Shown here: positions 8,736 through 18,681 of the stretch, piece by piece
How positions within the stretch are numbered: position 1 is the stretch's first letter
How the letters are laid out: each line of letters begins with the position of its first letter
Virus record (IMG/VR): IMGVR_UViG_3300030107_007800
Coordinates: 20,578 to 84,577 of that record
From: a virus
Strand: one strand, 5' to 3'
Length of the DNA stretch: 64,000 nucleotides
Translations under genes and position numbers: made by a program
Notes under the pieces: generated by a model
What the model saw: the letters and a program-made list of their open reading frames with translations, nothing else
Database searches by the model: none
Told to the model about the DNA's origin: nothing

Positions 8736-10519
8736 CAGTATCGGATTACATATTTAAAAAATTGTCTCAAGTTGGCATCAAGCATACGTTTACTATAACG
8801 GGCGGCGGAGCGATGTTTTTAAATGACTCTGCACATAGAAATAGTAACATAGAGGTTATTTGTAATCACCACGAGCAAGCATCCGCAATGGCTGCGGTTG
8901 CATGTTCAAAGTATACAAATAATTATTCTTGCGTAATGGTAACTACTGGGTGCGGTTCAACAAATGCTATCACCGGCTTGTTAGAAGCTTGGCAAGACAA
9001 TTTACCAGTTGTTTTTTTGTCTGGGCAAGTCAATTCTCATCAAACTAGTAAAGATTTTAATCTTGGATTAAGGCAAGTTGGCGTTCAAGAGGCTGATATA
9101 ATATCGGTTGTCAAACCAATGACAAAATATGCAAAGATGATAAAGAACCCTGCCGACATAAGATATGAGCTTGAAAAGGCTTTGTATATTGCCAAAGATG
9201 GCAGACCCGGACCTGTGTGGCTTGATATACCGCTTGATATTCAAGGGGCGCACATTAGGGAAAGAGATCTTAAATCATACGAAGTCGTAAAAAATAATTG
9301 TCACAATAGCGATGATGAAATAGAGGAATTTTTAAATAATTTAAAATTGTTCAAAAGACCAGTTGTTCTGGCTGGAAATGGTGTGAGGCTGTCGGGGGCA
9401 ACCAAAGAGATAAATGATTTTGTAATAAATAAAAATATTCCAATGGTTAACACGTTTTTAAGCGCAGATCTTATGCACAGTGAGCATTATCTAAATGTGG
9501 GTAGAGTTGGAATTAAGGGCAATAGAGCGGCAAATTTTGCAATGCAAAATGCTGATCTTTTGATTGTAATAGGGTGCAGATTAAGTGTTGCAACAACTGG
9601 TTATAAATATCATTATTTTGCTAGAGGCGCTAAAGTTGTTGTTATAGATATTGATGAACAGGAACACAAAAAAGAAACTGTAAAAATTGATAAATTTATA
9701 AAATCTGATGCAAAAAAGTTTTTAAATAAGTGTAATAAATACGACTTCATAGCGCCAACGAAGTGGTCAGAGGAATGCTATAAGTGGAAAAATAATTGGG
9801 ATAAACTGCCACAGGGAGCGGATGATGATAGTGAGGGGATTAGTATGTATTATTTCATGAATCATCTGTCAAAAAATAATAAACAAAATTCTGTTGTTGT
9901 TTCGGATGCTGGATCAGCATATTACGTTACAAGTCAATCACTGAGAATATCTGGCGAACAAAGATATATAACTTCGGGAGCACAAGCGGATATGGGCTTT
10001 ACGATACCAGCCTGCATTGGGATATCTAGTGCTTCAAACAAAAGATTGGATGTTATAGGCATAACTGGGGATGGATCATTTCAAACAAACTTGCAAGAAC
10101 TACAGACAATAAAACACCATAATTACCCGATAAAAATATTTGTTTTAAATAATGAAGGTTATCTCTCCATTAGAACAACTCAAAGAAAATTTTTCAATGA
10201 TAGATTTGTTGGAACTGATAAAGAGTCGGGGATATCTTTCCCAAAAACCTCTGACATTGCCAGAGCATATGGAATAAAATATTTTTCTTTTAAAACAAAT
10301 AAAGAAGTGGAAAACAACATTAAAGATGTGTTAGAATTTGATGGACCATTGATATGTGAGGTAAGTTGTAGAAAATGGGATCAGGTTTTACCCACCATCA
10401 GTTCCAAGAAAACACCTGATGGCAAGATGGTGTCAAAACCTTTAGAAGATATGTTTCCTTTCTTAACTAGAGAGGAATTTAATGATAATATGATCGTCGA
10501 GCCATTACCGGAGGATTAA
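8711..10519 (+). CDS. ThDP-dependent acetolactate-synthase-like enzyme (YerE-like carboligase by context)
   Basis: HHEQA, GRPGPVWLDIPLD, GDGS-x-LNN ThDP-binding motif; located beside rfbH and sugar SDRs. Confidence 0.85.
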   Translation: MEKKVESLTVSDYIFKKLSQVGIKHTFTITGGGAMFLNDSAHRNSNIEVICNHHEQASAMAAVACSKYTNNYSCVMVTTGCGSTNAITGLLEAWQDNLPVVFLSGQVNSHQTSKDFNLGLRQVGVQEADIISVVKPMTKYAKMIKNPADIRYELEKALYIAKDGRPGPVWLDIPLDIQGAHIRERDLKSYEVVKNNCHNSDDEIEEFLNNLKLFKRPVVLAGNGVRLSGATKEINDFVINKNIPMVNTFLSADLMHSEHYLNVGRVGIKGNRAANFAMQNADLLIVIGCRLSVATTGYKYHYFARGAKVVVIDIDEQEHKKETVKIDKFIKSDAKKFLNKCNKYDFIAPTKWSEECYKWKNNWDKLPQGADDDSEGISMYYFMNHLSKNNKQNSVVVSDAGSAYYVTSQSLRISGEQRYITSGAQADMGFTIPACIGISSASNKRLDVIGITGDGSFQTNLQELQTIKHHNYPIKIFVLNNEGYLSIRTTQRKFFNDRFVGTDKESGISFPKTSDIARAYGIKYFSFKTNKEVENNIKDVLEFDGPLICEVSCRKWDQVLPTISSKKTPDGKMVSKPLEDMFPFLTREEFNDNMIVEPLPED

Positions 10520-10520
10520 A

Positions 10521-11489
10521 ATGCCAGCAGATGATAAAAATAAAGTTACTATTTTAAAATTAAGAAGACAAAAAGAACAAAATCAAAAGACTGTTCTCAC
10601 AACAGCATATGATTATCCACAGGCAACCATTGCAGATGGTGCGGGGGTTGATTGCATATTAGTTGGAGATTCAGCAGGGATGACAACTTTCGGATATAAA
10701 ACAACAATTCCAGTGACTATGGATCAAATGATTACTTGCTGCGAGTCTGTATCTAGGGGTGCAAAAAATTCTTTTTTGATTGGGGATATGCCATATATGT
10801 CCTATCAGGTATCGAATGAAGAGGCTGTAATTAACGCTGGTAGATTCATTCGCGCTGGTATGGATTGTGTAAAGGTTGAGGGAGCTATGGTCGATAGGAT
10901 TAAGGCGATCTCAGATGCTGGCATTATGGTTATGAGCCACTTGGGATTAACGCCTCACACTAGGGCTATGTTGGGCGGCTATAGAGTTCAAGGAAAGACA
11001 GCGGAAGGTGCAGAGTACATTCTTAAACAAGCACTAGAGCTTCAGGAAGCTGGGTGTACATTTCTTCTTTTGGAGGGCATGCCAAGGGAATCTGCAAAAA
11101 TGATCAGAGATGAGTTATCAATCCCTGTTTATGGAATTGGGGCAGGGGATATGGTTGATGGTCAATTAGTTATTTTTCACGATCTGATGGGCTTGTTCTG
11201 GGAGTTTAAATCTAAGTTTGTAAAGAGGTATTGTGAGGCAGGATTAATGATGCAGGAGTCACTTAAACAATATGCTCATGAAGTCAGGACAGGCGCGTTC
11301 CCAGCAGAAGAAAACTTTTACGCTATTAAAGAAGAAGAGCTTGAAAAATTGTTATCCGGGGGCAATTGGAAAACTGAAAAGATAATTTATGAAACAGACC
11401 AAGGCTTTCCGACTAACCATTCAGCAACCCCTAATACGACACAGATTAATTGGCAAGCCTATATGAAACACGGCGATGCCTCTGATTAG
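10521..11489 (+). CDS. panB: Ketopantoate hydroxymethyltransferase family protein
   Basis: TAYD, ILVGDS, GDMPYMSY, VKVEG, HLGLTP, GIGAG, DGQ, KFVKRY motifs. Confidence 0.92.
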   Translation: MPADDKNKVTILKLRRQKEQNQKTVLTTAYDYPQATIADGAGVDCILVGDSAGMTTFGYKTTIPVTMDQMITCCESVSRGAKNSFLIGDMPYMSYQVSNEEAVINAGRFIRAGMDCVKVEGAMVDRIKAISDAGIMVMSHLGLTPHTRAMLGGYRVQGKTAEGAEYILKQALELQEAGCTFLLLEGMPRESAKMIRDELSIPVYGIGAGDMVDGQLVIFHDLMGLFWEFKSKFVKRYCEAGLMMQESLKQYAHEVRTGAFPAEENFYAIKEEELEKLLSGGNWKTEKIIYETDQGFPTNHSATPNTTQINWQAYMKHGDASD

Positions 11490-11497
11490 CGGTGTCG

Positions 11498-12340
11498 ATG
11501 AACATATTAATCACAGGTGGTAATGGGTTTATTGCCAAAAACATTTACCAAACAATCAAAGACGATCATAATGTCCATCTGACAAACAGGAAAACGTTAG
11601 ACATCCTAGACAAAGAACAGGTAAGTGTTTATTTCGATAACCACCAGATAGATGTTGTGATCCACACAGCAGTATCTGGGGGCAGCAGGATCAAGGAAGA
11701 TGGTCCGGGCGCACTAATAAACAATTTAGTAATGTTTGATAATCTTGTTAAAAACAATCACAAGTTTGGTTCGTTAATTCATTTTGGCTCTGGTGCTGAA
11801 TTTGATAGGAGAACCGATATTAAATCAGCAAAAGAAGATGATGAATCTAGTCCTGTTGATTATTATGGACTATCAAAAAAAATTATTAAAAGACAAATAG
11901 ATAAAATAGATAACTTTTATAACTTGAGAATATTTGGTTGCTTTGGCGTTGGTGAGGCAGACACAAGATTTGTAAAATCAGCAATCAAAAATGTGAGAAA
12001 TGGAAATCCAATAGTAATACATCAGAACAGATATATGGATTTTGTCTATGTCGGCGATCTCTGCAAAGTAGTGCGATATTACATTAAAAATATTGCAAAA
12101 AAAAACTTACCAAAAGATGTCAATTTGTGCTATAATAACAGCAAATCGTTACTAGATGTGGCAAATAAAATTAATGAATTTATGGGAAAGCCAAGTAATA
12201 ACGTAAACATTGAGAAGTCCGAGTTTTACACAGAATATACTGGAAACGGCGATAGATTAGAGTCGCTAGGAATAGATTTAGTTGGTCTAGATGAGGGGTT
12301 GAAAAGAACAATAGAATGGCAAAAGACATTAATCAATTAA
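11498..12340 (+). CDS. NAD-dependent epimerase/reductase (extended SDR)
   Basis: ITGGNGFIA, GSGAEF, YGLSK catalytic motif. Confidence 0.85.
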   Translation: MNILITGGNGFIAKNIYQTIKDDHNVHLTNRKTLDILDKEQVSVYFDNHQIDVVIHTAVSGGSRIKEDGPGALINNLVMFDNLVKNNHKFGSLIHFGSGAEFDRRTDIKSAKEDDESSPVDYYGLSKKIIKRQIDKIDNFYNLRIFGCFGVGEADTRFVKSAIKNVRNGNPIVIHQNRYMDFVYVGDLCKVVRYYIKNIAKKNLPKDVNLCYNNSKSLLDVANKINEFMGKPSNNVNIEKSEFYTEYTGNGDRLESLGIDLVGLDEGLKRTIEWQKTLIN

Positions 12341-13647
12341 TTAAAGATTGTTTAGAATATATTAGCGAGAATAGACCCCAAAATGATTGGGTTTCATACT
12401 CAGGTCCTATTCTGGATGACGATGAATATGCAGCTGCTTTGAGGGTAATTCTTCAAGACTGGTCTAAAAATTGGCTTATTTTTGGCAAGAAGGCTAGGGA
12501 GTTTGAACTTGAGTTTCCAAAATATTTGGGTACTAAATTTGGATCTTACACAAACTCTGGTAGTTCTGCGAACCTTCTTGCGATATCTTCGTTGACATCA
12601 AAGTCGGGATTTAATTTACCAAAAGGATCAAAAGTATTAACGCCAGTTGTATGCTTTCCCACTACTTTAAATCCAATCATTCAGAGTGGATTAAAGCCAG
12701 TGTTTGTTGACGTCACACTGCCGGATTTAAACCTAGATTTAGATCAAACAGAGGAATTATTAAAAAAGGACCCTGATATTAGGGCGATTGTTTTTGCACA
12801 TGTCCTTGGCAATCCCCCCGATATGGAAAGGGTTATGATGTTGGTTGATCAATATGATCTGGTTTTTATTGAAGACGCTTGTGATGCCCTCGGATCTTTT
12901 TACGACGGTCAAAAACTGGGATCTTTTGGACACATTTCAACCTGCTCTTTCTTCCCAGCGCATCATATGACAACTGGAGAAGGCGGGTTTGTTGCAACAA
13001 ATCGTTCAAAATTGAGAAAGTCTATTGCAAGTCTGAGAGATTGGGGTAGAGCTTGCTATTGTAACACATCTAAGCCCGGATCTGTAATTGACGGAACTGC
13101 TTGTGGAAATAGGTTCAAAAACTGGTTAGTTGGAATGCCAGATACAACCTATGATCATCGCTATGTTTTTGATGAGATAGGATATAATTTAAAGCCCCTC
13201 GACATTCAAGCAGCAATAGGGCTTGAACAGCTTAAGAAACTTCCATATTTGGAGGCAAGTCGTAGAAAAAACTTTGATAAGTTACAAGAAATATTTAGCA
13301 AATATGAAGATTATTTTCACTTGCCACAAGCAACTGAAAAATCTGACCCTTGCTGGTTTGCTTATCTTTTAACTGTAAAAAAAGGTAGTCCATTTACAAG
13401 GCAACAATTTGTTGATTTCTTGGAAGAAAATAAAATTCAAACAAGATCTTATTTTTCTGGCAATATCTTGGCTCATCCGGGATACAATCACTTGGCTGAT
13501 GAATATGAAGATATTCAAAAAGAATTCCCAATTGCTACATATTCTACCATTAATTCGTTCTTTTTGGGCACATATGCTGGTATAAATGACGAAAAAATGG
13601 CTTATATTGGTGAAATTGTTGATAAATTCTTTGAGGAAAGAGTATGA
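12316..13647 (+). CDS. rfbH: NDP-4-keto-6-deoxyglucose 3-dehydrase (E1, RfbH/DdhC)
   Basis: NSGSSANL; SFFPAHHMTTGEGG with His in place of the aminotransferase Lys; RDWGRACYC...CGNRF Fe-S cysteines; YDHRY..DEIGYNLK. Confidence 0.9.
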   Translation: MAKDINQLIKDCLEYISENRPQNDWVSYSGPILDDDEYAAALRVILQDWSKNWLIFGKKAREFELEFPKYLGTKFGSYTNSGSSANLLAISSLTSKSGFNLPKGSKVLTPVVCFPTTLNPIIQSGLKPVFVDVTLPDLNLDLDQTEELLKKDPDIRAIVFAHVLGNPPDMERVMMLVDQYDLVFIEDACDALGSFYDGQKLGSFGHISTCSFFPAHHMTTGEGGFVATNRSKLRKSIASLRDWGRACYCNTSKPGSVIDGTACGNRFKNWLVGMPDTTYDHRYVFDEIGYNLKPLDIQAAIGLEQLKKLPYLEASRRKNFDKLQEIFSKYEDYFHLPQATEKSDPCWFAYLLTVKKGSPFTRQQFVDFLEENKIQTRSYFSGNILAHPGYNHLADEYEDIQKEFPIATYSTINSFFLGTYAGINDEKMAYIGEIVDKFFEERV

Positions 13648-14594
13648 AAATTGTATATGTTACGGGCTGTTTGGGGTTTATTGGATCCTACGTTACCAGA
13701 AAATGCCTTGAAAAAGGCTGGATGGTCTATGGAGTTGACAAGTGTACTTACGCAGCTAACACAGATTTAATCGAAGAGTTCACAAAACATTCAAATTTTA
13801 GGTTTGAAAGGGCGGATATTAAAGATTTAGACCACTTATATGACTGTGATTATGTAATAAACACAGCAGCAGAGTCACATGTTGCCAATAGCATTGTTAG
13901 TAGTGATAAATTCCTTGAAACCAACGTTTTGGGCACTAAAAACCTGCTAGAATTAATCAGAAGTAAGCAAAAAAACGTAGGAAAGAGACCGATTTTGTTA
14001 CATTTTAGCACCGATGAAGTCTATGGAGACATTGTAAGTGGCAATCATAGTGAAAATGATCTTCTGAAGCCTAGCAATCCGTATTCTGCATCAAAAGCAG
14101 CGGCGGATATGCTTGTTTTGGCGTGGGCTAGGACCTATGACCTTCAATATAACATAGTTAGACCAGCAAATAATTATGGTATAGGGCAATATCCCGAGAA
14201 ATTAATACCATTAACAATAAAAAACCTTAATCGTGGAAGAAAAACTTGTCTGCACAACAATGGTGAACCTTACAGGTGCTGGCTTCACGCAGATGATACA
14301 GCCGAAGCAGTAATAAGGATCATTGAAAGTGGAAAGTTAAATGAAATTTACAATATTTCTGGTCATGAAGAGCACAAAAATATCCATACAGTACAGAAAA
14401 TAATTGAATCCTACGGATACAACATTGGTGATATAAACAAGTATGTAGATTTCACATATTCTAGACAGGGGCAGGATGTAAGATATTCGGTTGATGACGA
14501 AAAGTTGCAATCTTTGGGGTGGTATCCTAAAAAGAAATTTGATGAAGAAATAGAAAGTATAGTAGAGTTTTATAAAAATAAATTTATTTGGTGA
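13644..14594 (+). CDS. rmlB: dTDP-glucose 4,6-dehydratase-like
   Basis: VTGCLGFIG, AAESHV, STDEVYG, PYSASKA, NNYG..QYPEKLIP, D.RY motifs. Confidence 0.85.
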   Translation: MKIVYVTGCLGFIGSYVTRKCLEKGWMVYGVDKCTYAANTDLIEEFTKHSNFRFERADIKDLDHLYDCDYVINTAAESHVANSIVSSDKFLETNVLGTKNLLELIRSKQKNVGKRPILLHFSTDEVYGDIVSGNHSENDLLKPSNPYSASKAAADMLVLAWARTYDLQYNIVRPANNYGIGQYPEKLIPLTIKNLNRGRKTCLHNNGEPYRCWLHADDTAEAVIRIIESGKLNEIYNISGHEEHKNIHTVQKIIESYGYNIGDINKYVDFTYSRQGQDVRYSVDDEKLQSLGWYPKKKFDEEIESIVEFYKNKFIW

Positions 14595-14598
14595 GAAT

Positions 14599-15336
14599 AT
14601 GAGAAATCTTGGAATTAGCATTGTAACGGGGACCTTAAACAGGAGACATTTATTGTGGGACTTGATTGAGAACACAATAGACTCAAACCCGAGATTGGAA
14701 CTTGTGTTAGTTGATGGTGGTTCAACCGATGGTACTGTAGAAGCCATAAAAGCGCTAAATCATCCACAAGTTAAATTGATCGAAGTCGGAGAAAGAAGTA
14801 GTTATCCCCACTATATGGGCTTGGGCATAAAAAGCGCTTCTTATGAATATGTCTGTCAGTGGAATGATGATGTGCTGTTGGTTAATGATTGGCGTCAAGT
14901 TATAAATAACCTAGATGATAGTGGAATGTATATTTTTAATTGGAAATATGGAACAAAGGAAGATTTAAAAAATCCAGACTGGCTAGCAGGTGATCAACAT
15001 TCACAGGGGTGGTTTCTGTCCAACTCCAAACAGGAGGATGGATCTGGGGATATATGCGTTAATTATGGCATATACCACAAAAAGGTTTATCGAGAGTTGG
15101 GTATGTATGATAGTCAATTTAAATATTATTATGCAGACGGAGATTTAGCGGAAAGAGTTTGGCACTCAAAGAAATTTAAAATTAAAACACTAAGGAACAT
15201 AAAGGTTTTAGCTCTTTCTGACACACCAAAGACAGCAATCCACTATCAGAATGATCCTGAGATATACCACAGTAATATAGCAGCGTATAAAAAAGGGATA
15301 TTTAACTTCCCTACAGTGGAGAAATTAAGTGAATAA
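14599..15336 (+). CDS. GT2 (GT-A) glycosyltransferase
   Basis: LVDGGSTDGT, WNDD, YYADGDL motifs. Confidence 0.8.
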   Translation: MRNLGISIVTGTLNRRHLLWDLIENTIDSNPRLELVLVDGGSTDGTVEAIKALNHPQVKLIEVGERSSYPHYMGLGIKSASYEYVCQWNDDVLLVNDWRQVINNLDDSGMYIFNWKYGTKEDLKNPDWLAGDQHSQGWFLSNSKQEDGSGDICVNYGIYHKKVYRELGMYDSQFKYYYADGDLAERVWHSKKFKIKTLRNIKVLALSDTPKTAIHYQNDPEIYHSNIAAYKKGIFNFPTVEKLSE

Positions 15337-16027
15337 AATACTGTCTTTTAGCCTTTATGGTGATGATCCAAAATATACTATAGGTATGAAAAGAAACATT
15401 GAGCTTTTGAATGAAGTATATGGAGATGATTGGAAAATAAGAATATATTTGGATGATACTGTGCCTAGAGAGATGGCAAAAGAGTATAGTCAAATGGGCG
15501 CACAAGTCTATGATGTAACTGGTTCTCCTATAATAGGGGGTATGTTCTGGAGATTTTTGCCATTTGACGACAAGGATGTGGACGTGTTTTGTGTTAGAGA
15601 TGCAGATTCAAGACTTATGAGAAGAGAAAAAGAAGCAGTTGATGAATGGTTACAGGAGGGAACTTCTTTGCACATAATGAGGGATCACCCTCACCACAAT
15701 TACATTGTTATGGGAGGGATGTTTGGTTTTAACAAAAAGCCGAATGGACCTTATTCTTTTATTGAGGATTACAAAAATTTCATATATTCTGGATATAAAT
15801 TTAATAAAATGGATGATATGAGATTTTTAAATAGATTATATAACAAGTTTCACACTAGCTCAACATCCCATGATAGTTACGGTCGTGGCTCCGTAGATAA
15901 TAATGGAAATACATATTTAACACCTTCAAAAAACTACCCTACAATTAGGAAGAATAAGGAAGAGGGATTTATTGGAGAGATATGGAACGAAGATGAAACT
16001 TACGAAATACACAGGAGTTTGTTATGA
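15329..16027 (+). CDS. Conserved protein, putative GT-A glycosyltransferase
   Basis: SFSLYG..PKY, MFWRFLP, RDADSR (DxD), MRDHP.H, GGMFG motifs; cluster context. Confidence 0.55.
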   Translation: MNKILSFSLYGDDPKYTIGMKRNIELLNEVYGDDWKIRIYLDDTVPREMAKEYSQMGAQVYDVTGSPIIGGMFWRFLPFDDKDVDVFCVRDADSRLMRREKEAVDEWLQEGTSLHIMRDHPHHNYIVMGGMFGFNKKPNGPYSFIEDYKNFIYSGYKFNKMDDMRFLNRLYNKFHTSSTSHDSYGRGSVDNNGNTYLTPSKNYPTIRKNKEEGFIGEIWNEDETYEIHRSLL

Positions 16028-16809
16028 TGAAAATTAGCTTAGTAATACCTTGTACGCCATATCACTTTTGCAACTCTTTAACGGAAGTTTTAAAGTCATA
16101 CGAAAACGGAACCGTTGTTCCTGATGAAGTTGTTGTGTCTTTGAGTGAGGCACGAAAAGTTAAAAAAAATTCTTTAAACAAAGAAGCCTCGCAGTATTTG
16201 AATAGGTGTGCCTCTAATGGCGTTTTCAAAGAATTTAAAATTTTAAGTCACAGTACAAAACAAACTCACGGTCCAAATAGACAAGCGGGTTCAATGGCAG
16301 CCACAGGCGATATTATTATATATGGCGATGCAGACGACATTCCTCATCCCCAACGAGTGGAGGCTATTAAATATTGTTTTGAAAAAACTGATGCAATGCA
16401 GGTCAGCCATTGGTGGTGTCACGAAAAATGTCAATTTACTAGTTTTGATTTGCGAGACATCGATGAGCATATGATACCATATTCAGAAGTGAACGAAAAG
16501 ATGATCGACCCATTTGATCACCCAAATTATCCTAGAGTTGGCTACGGCGATGTATTTGGCAGAACGCATGGTGGCAATACGGCGGTTCGAAGAGACGCTA
16601 TCAAAGATATTCGTTGGAAAGATTGGCACGAACTTCGAGGTGCGCCAGCAGAAGATTGGCTGTTCTGTTATGAAGTAGCTCACAAATACAAAAAATCAAT
16701 TATTCTACCTATAGATTTAATTAAATATTCAGGAGGAGCCGCAGATTTATTGTGGGAAAATCTTCAATGGCGCGGGAATGGCTCTAATAAATCTATAGGA
16801 GCAAAATAA
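16024..16809 (+). CDS. GT2-like glycosyltransferase
   Basis: ISLVIP, PDEVVV, DADDIPHPQR, AEDW.F motifs. Confidence 0.7.
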   Translation: MMKISLVIPCTPYHFCNSLTEVLKSYENGTVVPDEVVVSLSEARKVKKNSLNKEASQYLNRCASNGVFKEFKILSHSTKQTHGPNRQAGSMAATGDIIIYGDADDIPHPQRVEAIKYCFEKTDAMQVSHWWCHEKCQFTSFDLRDIDEHMIPYSEVNEKMIDPFDHPNYPRVGYGDVFGRTHGGNTAVRRDAIKDIRWKDWHELRGAPAEDWLFCYEVAHKYKKSIILPIDLIKYSGGAADLLWENLQWRGNGSNKSIGAK

Positions 16810-16810
16810 A

Positions 16811-17608
16811 ATGAAAATAAAAAGAGCAGTAGTTTGCTTAAATTCATCACCATTGTATTCCGGCATGTGGGATATTCTTGCAGAAGTTTACGAAAAAACA
16901 ACAGACATTATTCCAACATTGATATTTTGTGGCACAAAAGATGAATTAGAAAAAGAGGTAAAAACAGATTTTGGAGAAGTGTATATTTTTCCTCAATATA
17001 AAGAATTTGTTGAAAGACCAGATCTAGACTGGACAGTTACGTGGACTCTGTTTTGGGCTATAGCAAATAAATTTCCAGACGATGTGTGTTGCTTTACTGG
17101 CATCGATGAATTGCCCATATCTGCTGTTTTGTGGGAGAAGATATCTAAAATACCTGACAACAAATATATTGTCGGACTAGGCTCAAAACCATATGGAGAT
17201 TTTGAGCACATAGCCTCTGGGCATAATATTGGAAAAGGATCTACTTTTAAAAAAATTCTTGACATACATAGCGACTTAAAGGTAGAATTAAATAGAGTTT
17301 GGGAATTGAGATATGATTTGTCAAGGTGCAATTTTGGATGGAATCTGGAAGACAATGGCTGGTGGGGGATGGACGAAGCATACATATCTAGCAAGTTGTA
17401 CGACCATCCAGACGTTGTTTTTATCGATAACGATTGGGTTTCTGAAAATCTTCAGAGCAAGAAAATAGACAGAATGTTCAATTGTAGTTATGATATACAC
17501 AGGCTAAATACAAAAGATTATTGGACTGCACACCTGATTAGACCGATCACTGATCCAAATAAAAAAGAAATAGTCTTAAGATTATTAAAAGATATGGGAA
17601 TTAGATGA
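16811..17608 (+). CDS. Hypothetical protein, possible glycosyltransferase
   Basis: 265-aa ORF in the operon; GIDELP and W.MDE motifs are weakly GT-A-like. Confidence 0.4.
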   Translation: MKIKRAVVCLNSSPLYSGMWDILAEVYEKTTDIIPTLIFCGTKDELEKEVKTDFGEVYIFPQYKEFVERPDLDWTVTWTLFWAIANKFPDDVCCFTGIDELPISAVLWEKISKIPDNKYIVGLGSKPYGDFEHIASGHNIGKGSTFKKILDIHSDLKVELNRVWELRYDLSRCNFGWNLEDNGWWGMDEAYISSKLYDHPDVVFIDNDWVSENLQSKKIDRMFNCSYDIHRLNTKDYWTAHLIRPITDPNKKEIVLRLLKDMGIR

Positions 17609-18681
17609 TGAATATTTTAGTTACCGCTGCCGGTAGTCCCGGATTCATAAATGTCAATAAGGCTATAAAATCATCTCGTGAATTGTTGGGCAAAGTTGTG
17701 GTCCATGGTTGCGACATAAATAAAGACTCCATAGGTCTTAAAATGATCAGTAATACTTTTGTTGCCCCTCGTGGAGATTCTGAAGAATATGTTTCGTGCA
17801 TTTATAATTATTGCAAAAAAAACAATATTGACTTATTGATACCTTGTGCTGATGAAGAGCTTTTACCGCTTTCAAGATCAAAAAGTATCTTCGACAGTAT
17901 TGGCTGTAATGTATTGGTTTCGGACCCCCCTTCTTTGCAGAAATGCTTAGATAAAGGCAGTTTATATAAGTTTTGCTCCGACAATGATTTGCAGCAGTAC
18001 ATTGTTAAACATCGCGTTTGTAATGATATAGATTCTTTATTGGATTCGTATAAACACTTAAATTCTTTGGGACATAAAGTGTGTGTTAAGCCTTCTAAAA
18101 CGCACGGCAGCCGAGGGTTTAGGTTGATAGAAGATGGCATTTCAAAAAAAGATTTTTTTGATAAAAAACCATCTCCACACGCTATAACACTGGATTCGTT
18201 GTGTGACATTTTAACTAGCGATGGCTCTGACACCTTTCCAGAATTACTAGTAATGGAGTATTTACCGGGGCAAGAATATAGCGTTGATTGTTATAAAAGA
18301 ACGCAAGATTTTCTATGCGTCACCAGAACTAGAGACGCAATAAAAGAAGGCATATGTGTTTCGGGTCAAACAATTGAAAACAAAGAATTGATAAGAGCGG
18401 CAAAAAAAATATATGAAAAAATAGGCTTGCTATACAATGCTAATATCCAATTTAGGTATGACCAGAAGGGAGATGCAAAGTTACTGGAAATAAATCCAAG
18501 ATTTTCGGGCACAATGGAGCACTGTAGAGCATCAGGAATTAATTTTGTAGAGGTAGCAGTGCATAATATTATGCAACTGAAGGAATACGACTATACAGTA
18601 AGATGGGGTGTAAAAATGAATCGTGTCTGGAGTGAGATATTTCAAAGCGGAAATGGCTTTTTTACTCTGGGGGGACTATAA
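17605..18681 (+). CDS. ATP-grasp ligase (carbamoyl-phosphate-synthase-like family)
   Basis: NILVTAAGSP, DK, VKP...GSRG, MEYLPGQEYSVD, LLEINPRFSG motifs. Confidence 0.85.
   Translation: MMNILVTAAGSPGFINVNKAIKSSRELLGKVVVHGCDINKDSIGLKMISNTFVAPRGDSEEYVSCIYNYCKKNNIDLLIPCADEELLPLSRSKSIFDSIGCNVLVSDPPSLQKCLDKGSLYKFCSDNDLQQYIVKHRVCNDIDSLLDSYKHLNSLGHKVCVKPSKTHGSRGFRLIEDGISKKDFFDKKPSPHAITLDSLCDILTSDGSDTFPELLVMEYLPGQEYSVDCYKRTQDFLCVTRTRDAIKEGICVSGQTIENKELIRAAKKIYEKIGLLYNANIQFRYDQKGDAKLLEINPRFSGTMEHCRASGINFVEVAVHNIMQLKEYDYTVRWGVKMNRVWSEIFQSGNGFFTLGGL

Noticed and set aside
8711-11489. Branched-chain amino acid/pantothenate auxiliary operon (ilvB-panB)
   Set aside because: No ilvN/ilvC/ilvD/panC in the window and the flanking genes are deoxysugar enzymes; kept only as the alternative hypothesis.
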